From positions 2,355 through 66,354 of the forward strand of contig JBBABN010000001.1 of assembly GCA_041657665.1 (NCBI GenBank): 64,000 nucleotides of DNA, read 5' to 3'. This stretch comes from Minisyncoccota bacterium. Lineage in GTDB: Bacteria; Patescibacteriota; Minisyncoccia; Phycocordibacterales; Phycocordibacteraceae. A program made the position numbers and the translations under genes. The notes beneath the pieces are model-generated. The model worked only from the letters and a program-made list of their open reading frames with translations, was not told the DNA's origin and did not search any database. Positions 46,723 to 56,560 of this stretch are shown here, piece after piece; within the stretch, counting starts at the first letter, position 1; every line of letters begins with the position of its first letter.

Positions 46723-48549
46723 ATGGCACTTCTTGACTTCCTTAGCAGAAAAAACAAACAAGATTCTGAGAATTCGGCCGTCGTTCCTGTTCTCCCGAAA
46801 GATATTTATCGAGAAGGTTCGCTTAATCTGGCTGATACCATCGCCCCGACCGCGTTGAAGATTAGTTCGCGCGAAATCGAACTTGGAGAAAAGTTTGTTC
46901 GTTCTTTTTATACCATCTCCTATCCACGCTTCCTCTCTGACAGCTGGTTCTCTCCCGTCGTCAATCTCGACAAGATACTCGATGCTTCGATATTTATTCA
47001 TCCTGTCGATACTGAGCAGGCCCTCCGAGGTTTCCAAAAGAAAGTTGCTGAGGTTCAGAGTCAGATTAATGAACGAGAATCGAAAGGTCTTGTGCGCGAC
47101 CCTCTCCTCGATACGGCATATCAAGATCTCGAGAGTTTGCGTAATGATCTCCAACAAGCACAAGAAAAACTTTTTGATGTCGGCCTCTATCTCGCACTCT
47201 ATGGTGATTCAAAAGAAGATATCGATAAAACCGAAGGTGATATTCGCGGTATTCTCGACGCGAAGCTGGTCTATACGAAGCCAGCGCTCTTTCAGCAAGA
47301 GCAGGGATTCCGTTCTTGTCTTCCGCTTGGAACCGACGAACTTCTCGTCAATTCGAAATTAAATTCTTCACCCCTTTCTTCATTCTTCCCATTTGTTTCA
47401 TTCGATCTCACCAGCGACCGAGGAATCTTATATGGAATAAACAGACATAATTCATCTCTCATTCTCTTCGATCGTTTCTCGCTCGAGAACTACAACTCAG
47501 TCGTATTCGCGAAGTCTGGTTCAGGGAAAAGCTATGCGACGAAGCTCGAAATCCTACGTTCGCTGATGTTCGGTACTGACGTTATTGTTATCGATCCTGA
47601 GCGCGAATATGACCAACTCGCCGAAGCGACTGGCGGACGCGTCTTCCATATCTCACTTTCTTCTGAACATCACATCAATCCATTTGATCTGCCACCAGTA
47701 AAAGAAGGGGAGGACCCGAAAGATATTCTCCGCTCCAACATCATCGCACTCGTCGGACTCTTCCGTATTATGTTGAGTGGTCTTTCTCCTGAAGAGGACG
47801 CTATTGTCGACCGTGCTATTGGCGAGACATATGCACTGAAAGATATTACTGGTGACGCTAATTTCACCGGAGCAGAACCGCCTCTCCTCTCTGATTTTGA
47901 ACAGGTGCTTTCTGGTATGGAAGGGAGCGAATCCTTGGTTGAACGCCTTTCTAAATATACGCGTGGTTCCTGGGCCGGATTCCTCGACCAGCCAACCAAT
48001 ATCGACCTCACCCAACAATTCGAGGTCTTCTCAGTGCGTGATATGGAGGATGAGCTGAAGCCGGTAGCGATGTATATCATCACTCATTACATCTGGAATG
48101 CAGTGCGCCACGAGATGAAGAAACGTCTGCTTATTATCGACGAGGCGTGGTGGATGATGAAGAGCGAAGACACAGCTTCCTTCCTCTATTCGGTCGCGAA
48201 ACGTGGACGTAAGTATTATCTGGGCGTCTGCACGATTACTCAAGATGTGGAGGACTTCCTTAAGAGCCCATACGGACGACCTATTCTCGCGAACTCTTCA
48301 CTCCAATTACTTCTGAAACAATCGCCAACCACTATTGAGGTCCTGCAGCAAACATTTAATCTCACGGACGAAGAAAAATATCTTCTTCTTGAAGCTGGAG
48401 TGGGGGAGGGACTCTTCTTCGCCGGACTGAAACATGTCGCCATTAAGATAGTCGCGAGTTATACCGAAGACCAGATTATTACCTCCGATCCTTCGCAGCT
48501 TCTCGCAATAAAAGAAGAGAAGGCACGGTATGCCACCGAAAAGAAATAA
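46723..48549 (+). CDS. virB4: Type IV secretion system ATPase VirB4/TrbE/CagE family (ATPase core)
   Basis: Walker A VFAKSGSGKSYAT, ...VIVIDPEREY..., Walker B LLIIDEAWWMM, and a C-terminal conserved region. Confidence 0.8.
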   Translation: MALLDFLSRKNKQDSENSAVVPVLPKDIYREGSLNLADTIAPTALKISSREIELGEKFVRSFYTISYPRFLSDSWFSPVVNLDKILDASIFIHPVDTEQALRGFQKKVAEVQSQINERESKGLVRDPLLDTAYQDLESLRNDLQQAQEKLFDVGLYLALYGDSKEDIDKTEGDIRGILDAKLVYTKPALFQQEQGFRSCLPLGTDELLVNSKLNSSPLSSFFPFVSFDLTSDRGILYGINRHNSSLILFDRFSLENYNSVVFAKSGSGKSYATKLEILRSLMFGTDVIVIDPEREYDQLAEATGGRVFHISLSSEHHINPFDLPPVKEGEDPKDILRSNIIALVGLFRIMLSGLSPEEDAIVDRAIGETYALKDITGDANFTGAEPPLLSDFEQVLSGMEGSESLVERLSKYTRGSWAGFLDQPTNIDLTQQFEVFSVRDMEDELKPVAMYIITHYIWNAVRHEMKKRLLIIDEAWWMMKSEDTASFLYSVAKRGRKYYLGVCTITQDVEDFLKSPYGRPILANSSLQLLLKQSPTTIEVLQQTFNLTDEEKYLLLEAGVGEGLFFAGLKHVAIKIVASYTEDQIITSDPSQLLAIKEEKARYATEKK

Positions 48550-49222
48550 TCTGCCGCGGCCAGCCCGCCGCGGAGTGACAAATTCGGAGCCGCCTCCAGT
48601 GATGACCTGGCCAAAGGCGTCACCCGTTCTTATTATTGCCGGAATTTTTGATTTGCTCCGCATCATGTTTGAACAGTTTTGGTTCTTCGGGCCAGCAATC
48701 GCCGCCACATATTGCACTGCAAAAGTAAGTGGGATGGTAGGCACAACGATAGGATCAACTATATGTGGCGCTGGTGCTAGCGTGATTGGTACTGTCGGCT
48801 CTCCTGCGATTATAGCGTTTGGTGTTGTTATGGCGATGGCGGTCGGACTCTTCGGCTGGATGACGATCGGACTCGTACTTATTATGACTAATAGCCGAAT
48901 ATTTAAAGAGAATGAGGGTCAGATACTTTGGTTTGTCGGAAGTTTGCTTCTAAGTGAGACACCTATTATCGGCACCATCCCCGGACTCACTGGCGCAACA
49001 ATAAAGATGTACCATACCCAAATAAAAAAAGATAACGAGAATGTGGCGAAATATAATAAAGAGCAAGCTGCACAGCAGGTGCAAGAGCAGAACCAAAGAA
49101 ATGCAGAACTTATGCAGGAGCAGTACTCAGCTCAATTAGAACAAGCCGAACAAGAAGAGGAGAATGAAAATGAAGAAACAAATGAGGGAGAAATCCCCGA
49201 GAATGTGCGTAGTGCGGCATAA
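48530..49222 (+). CDS. Polytopic membrane protein with a Q/E-rich coiled-coil tail (T4SS-cluster component, possibly VirB6-like)
   Basis: 230 aa with ~4 TM helices. Overlaps the VirB4 stop. Assignment by position only. Confidence 0.4.
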   Translation: MPPKRNNLPRPARRGVTNSEPPPVMTWPKASPVLIIAGIFDLLRIMFEQFWFFGPAIAATYCTAKVSGMVGTTIGSTICGAGASVIGTVGSPAIIAFGVVMAMAVGLFGWMTIGLVLIMTNSRIFKENEGQILWFVGSLLLSETPIIGTIPGLTGATIKMYHTQIKKDNENVAKYNKEQAAQQVQEQNQRNAELMQEQYSAQLEQAEQEEENENEETNEGEIPENVRSAA

Positions 49223-49251
49223 TTGTCTCGTGTAGGCGCTATACTACTGGT

Positions 49252-50238
49252 ATGCGTTTTGGATTTTTAATCACCCTTTCATTAATCTTTCTTCTTCCTC
49301 TCGCAGTTTCTGCGCAGGCTATCAGTAATGAAGAGGCATTTACTATGTCGGTAAACCCTCAATATCCTGCACCGTATAGCCAAGCAGTACTTTCACTCCT
49401 TTCTTCTTCACTTGATCTTAATAATGCAATTATGACTGTTTCTGTTGCTGGAAAAGAAGTCTATAAAGGAAGTGTTCGCCCAACTGCTATTCCGGTAGGA
49501 GGGGCAGGAAGCGTTGTGAGTGCAAAAGTAACAGTAACTTCAGGAGGAGCTTCCTACAACCAAACAATCTCTATTCAACCTCAAGATGTCGTTCTTGTCG
49601 CGGAACCAATATCATCATCACCTCCTCTCTACCTAGGGAAATCGCTTGTCCCGCTTGAAGGAGATGTGCGCGTCGTCGCTATGGCGAACCTACGAGGAAC
49701 AAAAGGAGAGATAATTGACACAACAACTCTCTCATACTCTTGGACTGTGGATGACACACAAATCGCCAACGCTTCAGGTATTGGCAAACAGTCAATTACC
49801 GTTGCTTCACCATTCCAGTATCGAACACGGAAGGTCTCAGTCGCAGTAATGAGCCAAGATGGAAATCTTGTTGGAGGGGCTTCGCTCTCGCTCTCTGCTC
49901 TCGATCCGTCAGTACGCCTTTATAAAAATGACCCATTGCTCGGCATTCTCTATGATCACGCACTTTCTAGCAGTTATGCCATCAGCAATGCAGAAGAAAC
50001 ACTCTATGCAGCCCCATTTTCTCTCCCGACGACCAATGGCGCTCCGCTTATTCAATGGTTCTTAAGCGGCACGATAGCACAAACAGGTAATTCAATAACT
50101 CTACGACCAACAGGAAAAGGGCAGGGCAATGCTTCTCTGTCACTGACGGCTTCTTCTGGAGGATCAACAAAGGCGACAGAGAACCTCTCACTCTCTTTTG
50201 GAACCGCATCAAGTGGTTTTAGCTTATTTGGCCTATGA
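49252..50238 (+). CDS. Secreted protein (signal peptide MRFGFLITLSLIFLLPLAVSAQA), T4SS-cluster component
   Basis: Clear Sec signal peptide with an AxA site. 328 aa, S/T-rich, beta-type. Confidence 0.45.
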   Translation: MRFGFLITLSLIFLLPLAVSAQAISNEEAFTMSVNPQYPAPYSQAVLSLLSSSLDLNNAIMTVSVAGKEVYKGSVRPTAIPVGGAGSVVSAKVTVTSGGASYNQTISIQPQDVVLVAEPISSSPPLYLGKSLVPLEGDVRVVAMANLRGTKGEIIDTTTLSYSWTVDDTQIANASGIGKQSITVASPFQYRTRKVSVAVMSQDGNLVGGASLSLSALDPSVRLYKNDPLLGILYDHALSSSYAISNAEETLYAAPFSLPTTNGAPLIQWFLSGTIAQTGNSITLRPTGKGQGNASLSLTASSGGSTKATENLSLSFGTASSGFSLFGL

Positions 50239-51458
50239 AAAAAATATTCTTTATATCAGTTTTCTTTCTCTTCTTTGGTTTAGCGCCGCATGTCTTTGCC
50301 GCATGTTCTGACTATTCCAATTTCACTCCAATACAGAGGACAACGGGTCAAGGATGTGTAGAAATACTTGGTCCTGGATGGGTAATTGTTGATACCACCT
50401 GCTTGGGGACTGCTCTGCCAAGCGACAAAAATACTGTTTGTGGTTCAACAGCTCAAGCAGCACCAGCAAACCCAACACCGAATAGTCCTACCGGGCAAAC
50501 TCAACCATCAGCAACTCCGACAGGCAATAATAATGCTTCGCAAGGATTTACAGCACTCGCGCCTATTCCTGGACTTACTGACACAAACGGCGCAGTCGTG
50601 AATTCAAAATCGCTCTCAGATTTTTTTAATAATCTCTATAAATATCTTATCGGCATCGCCGCAATACTTGCAGTTATCCAGATTATTCGTGCAGGTTTTG
50701 ATATTGCGACAAACAAAGATAATGTCAGTGTCCTTATGAGTAGTAAAAGTAAAATTTCACAAGCAATTTATGGTCTCGTACTCGTCCTCTCGCCCGTGCT
50801 TGTTTTCTCCATCATCAATCCGAGCATTTTGAATCTTTCACTTAATCTTCCCCCACTTAATACAGCGCCAGAGACACAGGTTGGGAACGGAGGTAATAGC
50901 ACAGGAGTCACTGCAACTGATACTACAACTGGATGCACAACAAGTGGCACAAACGGTATTCTCCAAATTGCAACATGTCCTTCTAATGATGCTGTTGAGA
51001 AGGAAATTGACCGTTGCGGTAGTAATTCTGGAAAGATTTCTATAATTTCTAAAAATAGCCTAACGAATGGAACAATTGTTTCTGCAATGCTTATGTGCAA
51101 ATGGTCAAATAAGTATGTATTTATAGATACAAGAGATCAGGGAATCATCGGGTGGCTCACCTCACAATTTAATACAATCAATGATATTCAGCCGTTAGCT
51201 ATTACGACTGATAATCCTAACAATGGCAATTCTGCAATTCAATTTATGGAAACCTGTTCAAATTCTGGATTATCAACATGTATTAGTGCTACTGCTTTCA
51301 CTAATCCTGTAGATTGTACACCGACACCCAAAACACCTTTGCCTGGCAAAGCTAGAAAATGTGGTAATTTAACCTTGACTTGCCGAGATTATGGGACGAT
51401 ACATACTTTTGTAGGTAGTTTGTGTTCTAAAAGTCCTAGTTGGACGCCATTTCAATAA
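50235..51458 (+). CDS. Secreted/membrane protein with signal peptide and central TM hairpin (pilin/VirB2-like segment), Cys-rich C-terminal domain
   Basis: Signal peptide MKKIFFISVFFLFFGLAPHVFA. The two adjacent hydrophobic helices LIGIAAILAVIQII... and ...GLVLVLSPVLVFSII recall the VirB2/TrbC hairpin. Confidence 0.4.
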   Translation: MKKIFFISVFFLFFGLAPHVFAACSDYSNFTPIQRTTGQGCVEILGPGWVIVDTTCLGTALPSDKNTVCGSTAQAAPANPTPNSPTGQTQPSATPTGNNNASQGFTALAPIPGLTDTNGAVVNSKSLSDFFNNLYKYLIGIAAILAVIQIIRAGFDIATNKDNVSVLMSSKSKISQAIYGLVLVLSPVLVFSIINPSILNLSLNLPPLNTAPETQVGNGGNSTGVTATDTTTGCTTSGTNGILQIATCPSNDAVEKEIDRCGSNSGKISIISKNSLTNGTIVSAMLMCKWSNKYVFIDTRDQGIIGWLTSQFNTINDIQPLAITTDNPNNGNSAIQFMETCSNSGLSTCISATAFTNPVDCTPTPKTPLPGKARKCGNLTLTCRDYGTIHTFVGSLCSKSPSWTPFQ

Positions 51459-52654
51459 TTATGCGCCGACTACTTATTACCTTCATAACGCTCCTCGCCC
51501 TCATTGGAATCGGGGTAGCTGTCTATTTCTATTTCTTCGCCAATCAGGCCAGTGTTGTCGTTGCGCCAACGAATACATCATTACCCACAGCCGGACAAAC
51601 TGTTTTCCCTTTAGAACCAGCAAATCTAGCGACCACAACCGATAAGACGACTCTCGTCGCTGCACGACTCATACAAATAAGCACAGGACCTGTTGTACCT
51701 GGGGAAGCAGTAGTTGCTATACCAGCTGCAAATGCTAGTTCATCATTAGAAATTGCGGTGAATTATATCGAGCGTCAGAGTGGAAATGTTTTTTCCTATC
51801 AGACACGTACTGGAACGCTTATACGAACGAACAATAAGACCGTCCCAGGCATTCAGTCAGCCGAATGGCTTCCCGATGCTTCATTCGCCTTTGTTCAGTA
51901 TCTATCTGGTACTGATTTTTCTACTATTAACACTTACGCGCTCCCAGCAAGCTCGAACAACACAGGAGGATTCTTTTTACCTCAAAACCTTACTGATGTA
52001 GCTGTTTCTTCAACAAGCGTGCTCATGCTTGCTTCTGGTGTAAATGGTTCGGCAGCTTCAGTTGCGCACACAGACGGCACACATGTATCTGAAGCATTCA
52101 CGACACCTCTTTCTTCACTTCGTGTTTCTTTTGCGGGAAAAAATTATCTCGCATTTACGAAGCCGTCAGCGACACTCGCGGGTAATGCATTCATAGTTAC
52201 CAAAGGACACTTCTCTCGTATTGCAGGGCCATTATATGGCCTTATGGCCCTTTCTAGCCCGTCAGGGAAGTGGGTAGTAGTGAGTTACACGCAAGACACA
52301 GCAATCCAGATGGAGCTTGTGAACACAGAGACAAACGAAGCTATTCAACTTCCGGTTGCTACCATTGCTGATAAATGTGTGTGGGCAGCTGATGATTCAG
52401 CTTTCTATTGCGGTATTCCTGTCAGCCCAGCGAGTGGTTATGCATACCCAGATGATTGGTACCAAGGGGCGGTACATTTCTCTGATCGTATATGGAAAAT
52501 AGATGTGGTGGACCGCCAAGCACAGCTGGTGCTCGATTTCCCGAAAGAAACAAAAGGTTCACTTGATGCAATCGCACTCGCTATTGACCCTCTTGCTACC
52601 ACACTGGCATTTATTAATAAAAACGATGGTTCACTCTGGAGCTACTCACTCTAA
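51440..52654 (+). CDS. Membrane-anchored extracytoplasmic protein (N-terminal TM, 404 aa)
   Basis: N-terminal TM LLITFITLLALIGIGVAVYFYFF. The remainder is beta-rich, so a possible beta-propeller. Unknown function. Confidence 0.4.
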   Translation: MDAISIIMRRLLITFITLLALIGIGVAVYFYFFANQASVVVAPTNTSLPTAGQTVFPLEPANLATTTDKTTLVAARLIQISTGPVVPGEAVVAIPAANASSSLEIAVNYIERQSGNVFSYQTRTGTLIRTNNKTVPGIQSAEWLPDASFAFVQYLSGTDFSTINTYALPASSNNTGGFFLPQNLTDVAVSSTSVLMLASGVNGSAASVAHTDGTHVSEAFTTPLSSLRVSFAGKNYLAFTKPSATLAGNAFIVTKGHFSRIAGPLYGLMALSSPSGKWVVVSYTQDTAIQMELVNTETNEAIQLPVATIADKCVWAADDSAFYCGIPVSPASGYAYPDDWYQGAVHFSDRIWKIDVVDRQAQLVLDFPKETKGSLDAIALAIDPLATTLAFINKNDGSLWSYSL

Positions 52655-52664
52655 GCTGACCAAA

Positions 52665-53402
52665 TTAACTACTTGGTGCTGTTTCTTTATTAATAGTGCG
52701 GCGCACATGCCATTCTTGTACTGCTCCTGCGAGGTTGGTAGTGATGAAATAAAGTGCGATAGCGCCAGAAGTTGTGTAGGAGATAGTCGCAATAATAAAA
52801 GGAAAGACATACTTTAATTGCATTCCCATCACTCTTTGGAAGTCGTTCTGCATTCCTTTGGAATCTGATGGCTTCATAGTTCCTGAAAGCGCTAAGTGTG
52901 CCTGAAGAAATTGCGAGAGGCCAGCGAGCACTGCGAGCACCGAGCTCTTCCCAGCAACTGAGATAATGCCGAGGAACTGAAGCGAAATAGCATGGGGAAT
53001 TGGGGTAAATGCGTACAATCGTGCGGTATTAATAGCAGAGAACGGCTCATAGAAGAAAACCCAGTAGAGCGCAAGAAGAACCGGAATTTGAATAAAAACA
53101 GTGAGAATACTCGAAAATGGATTTACTTTTTCTTCTCGATACAAAGCAAGAGTTTCAAGTGCTTCTTTCTCTTTATCACCTTTATGTTTTTCTTTTAATT
53201 CTTTAATCTTTGGCTCAAGAAGCTTCATCGCACGTTGAGTACGAGCAGCCGAGAGAGAGAAGGGGAGAAGTATCAATCGAATAATGATAGTGACGAGAAT
53301 AACAGCAATACCTACATCTGATCCAGGAACAACCGCTACCAATGCAACGAGAGCATTATAAATTGGATTATAGAAGACGGTGTGAAAAAAAGCAGAGATC
53401 AC
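52665..53402 (-). CDS. yidC: Membrane protein insertase YidC (short Gram-positive/CPR type)
   Basis: 245 aa with 5 TM helices. ...LILLPFSLSAARTQRAMKLLEPKIKELKEKHKGDKEK...EEKVNP is the YidC/Oxa1 conserved region. Confidence 0.85.
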   Translation of the reverse strand: MISAFFHTVFYNPIYNALVALVAVVPGSDVGIAVILVTIIIRLILLPFSLSAARTQRAMKLLEPKIKELKEKHKGDKEKEALETLALYREEKVNPFSSILTVFIQIPVLLALYWVFFYEPFSAINTARLYAFTPIPHAISLQFLGIISVAGKSSVLAVLAGLSQFLQAHLALSGTMKPSDSKGMQNDFQRVMGMQLKYVFPFIIATISYTTSGAIALYFITTNLAGAVQEWHVRRTINKETAPSS

Positions 53403-53416
53403 AAATGTATTGTAGG

Positions 53417-53734
53417 TTATGAATAAATTTTTGAAAGAAGATCTATAATTTCTGTCTTTATATCTTGATAGCTTACACTACTTACTGAAGATTTTGGAAA
53501 AACAATAAGAGCAGGGGGTAGAGAGACTAAATCTCCACGAAGTGCTGAAAAAATTCTGCGTTTTATTTTATGTCTTTCCACCGCAAGATTGGCAACTTTC
53601 TTCGGTACTACGACAGCATATCCTTCTCCATCCCTCGGAATAATAACTGAGAGGTGTGGGGATAAAAACCTCTTTCCTGTCTTAAGAGCAGCAGGGAAAA
53701 GGGCTCGTGGAAACCGTTTTTTACTCGGAAACAC
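53417..53734 (-). CDS. rnpA: Ribonuclease P protein component
   Basis: 105 aa and basic, with the RNR-like motif ...KKVANLAVERHKIKRRI.... Immediately downstream of rpmH in the conserved rpmH-rnpA-yidC order. Confidence 0.85.
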   Translation of the reverse strand: MFPSKKRFPRALFPAALKTGKRFLSPHLSVIIPRDGEGYAVVVPKKVANLAVERHKIKRRIFSALRGDLVSLPPALIVFPKSSVSSVSYQDIKTEIIDLLSKIYS

Positions 53735-53741
53735 GGATAAA

Positions 53742-53879
53742 TTAGACCGTGAGACGCGCGCGCCCGCTTCGGCGGCGTTTTTGCACTATTTTTCTACCTG
53801 CGGAGGTACTGGTTCGTGCAAGAAATCCGTGTGTTTTTGCGCGTTTACCCTTCTTTGGCTGATAGGTCTGTTTTGGCAT
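53742..53879 (-). CDS. rpmH: 50S ribosomal protein L34
   Basis: Translated by hand (below the ORF-track size cutoff): MPKQTYQPKKGKRAKTHGFLARTSTSAGRKIVQKRRRSGRARLTV, canonical L34. Confidence 0.9.
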   Translation of the reverse strand: MPKQTYQPKKGKRAKTHGFLARTSTSAGRKIVQKRRRSGRARLTV

Positions 53880-53980
53880 ACAATGAGGTGAAAATTAGGC
53901 TATAAGAGCATAGTAACAGGTTCTCCACAAAAAACTACTCTATCCTCCTTTTTTTATCGAGAGTATACTCCTTTTATACT

Positions 53981-55333
53981 ATGGACAAAGGAAACCTGAA
54001 AGAACTCTGGGAATACGTACTAACACAGGTTGAGCTTTCTATCTCTTCAGCAAATTTCAAAACATGGTTCTGTAGTAGTTTTATTGTAAAGATAGGGGAG
54101 GATGGAGTGGTATATATTGGTGTACCAAGCCAATTCTTTAAAGATTGGTATCTAAAGAAATTTCACACATTACTTTTGAAGATTATTCGTGATGTTTCGT
54201 ACGAATTTCGTAATATTGAATACATTATTGTGAAAGATGAACGACGCAAACCAACTAAAGAAACTAAAAATGTGAGTGGTGCTCTTGAGCTTCCTCTTGA
54301 TGAATTTTATATCAACAAAAGTGATAATTTAAATCCACGATACACCTTTGATACTTTTGTAATTGGTTCTTTTAATACCCTTGCGTATACAGCCGCACAA
54401 GCAGCATTAAGTCGCCCTGGTATCACGTATAACCCACTCTTTATTTATGGTGATACTGGGCGTGGAAAAACACACTTAATTCAAGCTATTGGTAATCAAT
54501 TTAAGAAACAATATCAAGGACGAAAAGTGTTTTATCTTACTTCAGAAAAATTTGCTATTGAGTATGTTGATTCGGTACAAGCAGGCTCTGCAAATCGTTT
54601 TAAAGATAAATATCGTCAATATGACCTTCTTATCATGGATGATGTGCAGTTCCTTTCTAAAAAAGATAAGACTCAAGAGGAACTTTTCCACCTTTTTAAT
54701 GCTCTACACGACACTAATAAACAAATTATTTTCTCTTCTGATCGGTCACCTGCCTCTATTCCTGATATTGCCGAACGTCTAAAAGGACGTTTATCGAGCG
54801 GTATGGCAGTTGATATTGGAGAGCCCGATCCAGAATCACGTATGGCTATTGTTCGTAAAAAAGCTGCTCTACATGGTTTTATCCTCTCAGATGAAGTTAT
54901 TGAGTATGTTGCCACTTCTTTAACTGGTTCAATACGCGAACTTGAGGGAATGATAAACAGTATTATTTGTAATGCTCAAGCAAAAGGATGTGCTCCTGAT
55001 ATTGCTGAAGTTCGCCAATCACTTCGTTCATTCACTCGGCCTCAGAAAAATATATCTGTTAAGAATGTGGTTGATAAAGTTGCTGAATTTTATGGTATTG
55101 ATGAAGATAGTATTTATGAAAAAACACGGAGAAGGGAAGTGGTTCGTCCACGCCAAGTAATTATGTATCTTCTCCGAGAAGATTTTAATATTTCTTACCC
55201 AACTATTGGTACAAAACTTGGAGGAAGAGACCATACAACAGTTATTCATTCTTGTGAAAAGATAAAACGTGAAATAGCTGTGGATAACGATCTTATAAAG
55301 GAGATACAAACTATACGCACCCTTCTTACATGA
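53981..55333 (+). CDS. dnaA: Chromosomal replication initiator protein DnaA
   Basis: Domain III Walker A GDTGRGKTHL, Walker B LLIMDDVQF, sensor/arginine finger, and domain IV DNA-binding helix (...VIMYLLRE...YPTIGTKLGGRDHTTV). Confidence 0.95.
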   Translation: MDKGNLKELWEYVLTQVELSISSANFKTWFCSSFIVKIGEDGVVYIGVPSQFFKDWYLKKFHTLLLKIIRDVSYEFRNIEYIIVKDERRKPTKETKNVSGALELPLDEFYINKSDNLNPRYTFDTFVIGSFNTLAYTAAQAALSRPGITYNPLFIYGDTGRGKTHLIQAIGNQFKKQYQGRKVFYLTSEKFAIEYVDSVQAGSANRFKDKYRQYDLLIMDDVQFLSKKDKTQEELFHLFNALHDTNKQIIFSSDRSPASIPDIAERLKGRLSSGMAVDIGEPDPESRMAIVRKKAALHGFILSDEVIEYVATSLTGSIRELEGMINSIICNAQAKGCAPDIAEVRQSLRSFTRPQKNISVKNVVDKVAEFYGIDEDSIYEKTRRREVVRPRQVIMYLLREDFNISYPTIGTKLGGRDHTTVIHSCEKIKREIAVDNDLIKEIQTIRTLLT

Positions 55334-55445
55334 TGATTATGGATACTTTATCAACAAGTTATGTATATACTATTACAAATAATAATCAGGTATTACCTGA
55401 CTTAATTCATCTTCTCCACTTATCAACACCACTAATAAGAATCAT
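55334..55445. promoter_or_regulatory. Candidate oriC segment: AT-rich dnaA-dnaN intergenic region with DnaA-box-like 9-mers
   Basis: TTATCAACA at 55348..55356 and 55420..55428, and TTCTCCAC at 55412..55419. Each is one mismatch from TTATCCACA. The region is AT-rich. Confidence 0.5.
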
Positions 55446-56546
55446 ATGAATATTTCAATAGAAAAAAAATTATTCTCTGAAGCTGTGCATATCGTTTCAA
55501 AATTCGCTGAAAAGAAAAATACAACCCTTCCAGCACTCTCTTCAATTCTTATTATTGCAGGAGATGAGGGTATTAAAATGCGTGCAACCAACCTTGAGAC
55601 AGGTATAGATCTAAAAATAAAAGGAGAAGTAAAAAACGAAGGAGTGGTTGCAATACCAGCTATCCTCTTACAGCAAATAGCAGGATCACTTACGTATGGG
55701 GGAGATATAACTCTTGAGCATACTGGAGATATTATTACTCTATCGAGTGGCACAGGAAAAAGTTCTATTAAAACAGTCTCATATGATGATTTTCCTTCAA
55801 TTCCATTTCCTGAAAATCCCAAAAATAGAATTGTGATTTCAGGAGTTCTTCTTCGTACTCTTTTCACTTCTATCGCTTCTTGTGCCTCTTCTTCAACTAT
55901 TCGTCCAGAACTCGCAAGTATTTACTTGTCTATAGAAGGAGGAATATTAACTGCGGTTGCGACTGATTCATTCCGTCTCGCAGAGAAAAAAGTTCCACTT
56001 ATTAATAAGGGTATACAAGGAAAATTCCTTATACCTGCAAAAAACGCATTAGATATAGCACAAGCACTCCCTGATGAAGATATTATTATGTCGTTCGACG
56101 AGCATCAATGTGCGTTTGTAAGTACGTTTGGTATGTTGGTCTCACGATTAACAAATGCGGTCTATCCTGATTATCGCCAAATTATACCAAAAGAATCTAT
56201 TGTTGAAGCGGTGGTATTAAGAAAGGATTTTGAAACAGCAATAAAACAAACAACAATTTTCTCTGATTCTTTTCAGAAAGTGAATATAAGTTTCGATCCA
56301 AAGAAAAATACTATTGCGCTGTTTGCACGAAACACTGAAGTAGGGGAGTCGGTAGAAACACTTTCAGCTCAAGTTTCAGGAAATCCTCTCGATCTCTCAT
56401 TTAATTATCGATATCTTTCTGCTGTGCTCTCCTTAACAGGAGCTGAAAGTTTATCACTTCTTGCGGCTGGTATTGGTCGCCCACTTATTATAAAAGGCGT
56501 TGGTGATACTTCACTTCTCTATCTGGTCTCCCCAATGAATCAATAA
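55446..56546 (+). CDS. dnaN: DNA polymerase III beta sliding clamp
   Basis: 366 aa with a three-domain clamp pattern (MNISIEKKLFSEAVHIVSKFA...). Immediately downstream of dnaA. Confidence 0.9.
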   Translation: MNISIEKKLFSEAVHIVSKFAEKKNTTLPALSSILIIAGDEGIKMRATNLETGIDLKIKGEVKNEGVVAIPAILLQQIAGSLTYGGDITLEHTGDIITLSSGTGKSSIKTVSYDDFPSIPFPENPKNRIVISGVLLRTLFTSIASCASSSTIRPELASIYLSIEGGILTAVATDSFRLAEKKVPLINKGIQGKFLIPAKNALDIAQALPDEDIIMSFDEHQCAFVSTFGMLVSRLTNAVYPDYRQIIPKESIVEAVVLRKDFETAIKQTTIFSDSFQKVNISFDPKKNTIALFARNTEVGESVETLSAQVSGNPLDLSFNYRYLSAVLSLTGAESLSLLAAGIGRPLIIKGVGDTSLLYLVSPMNQ

Positions 56547-56560
56547 TTAGTTACTTTTAA

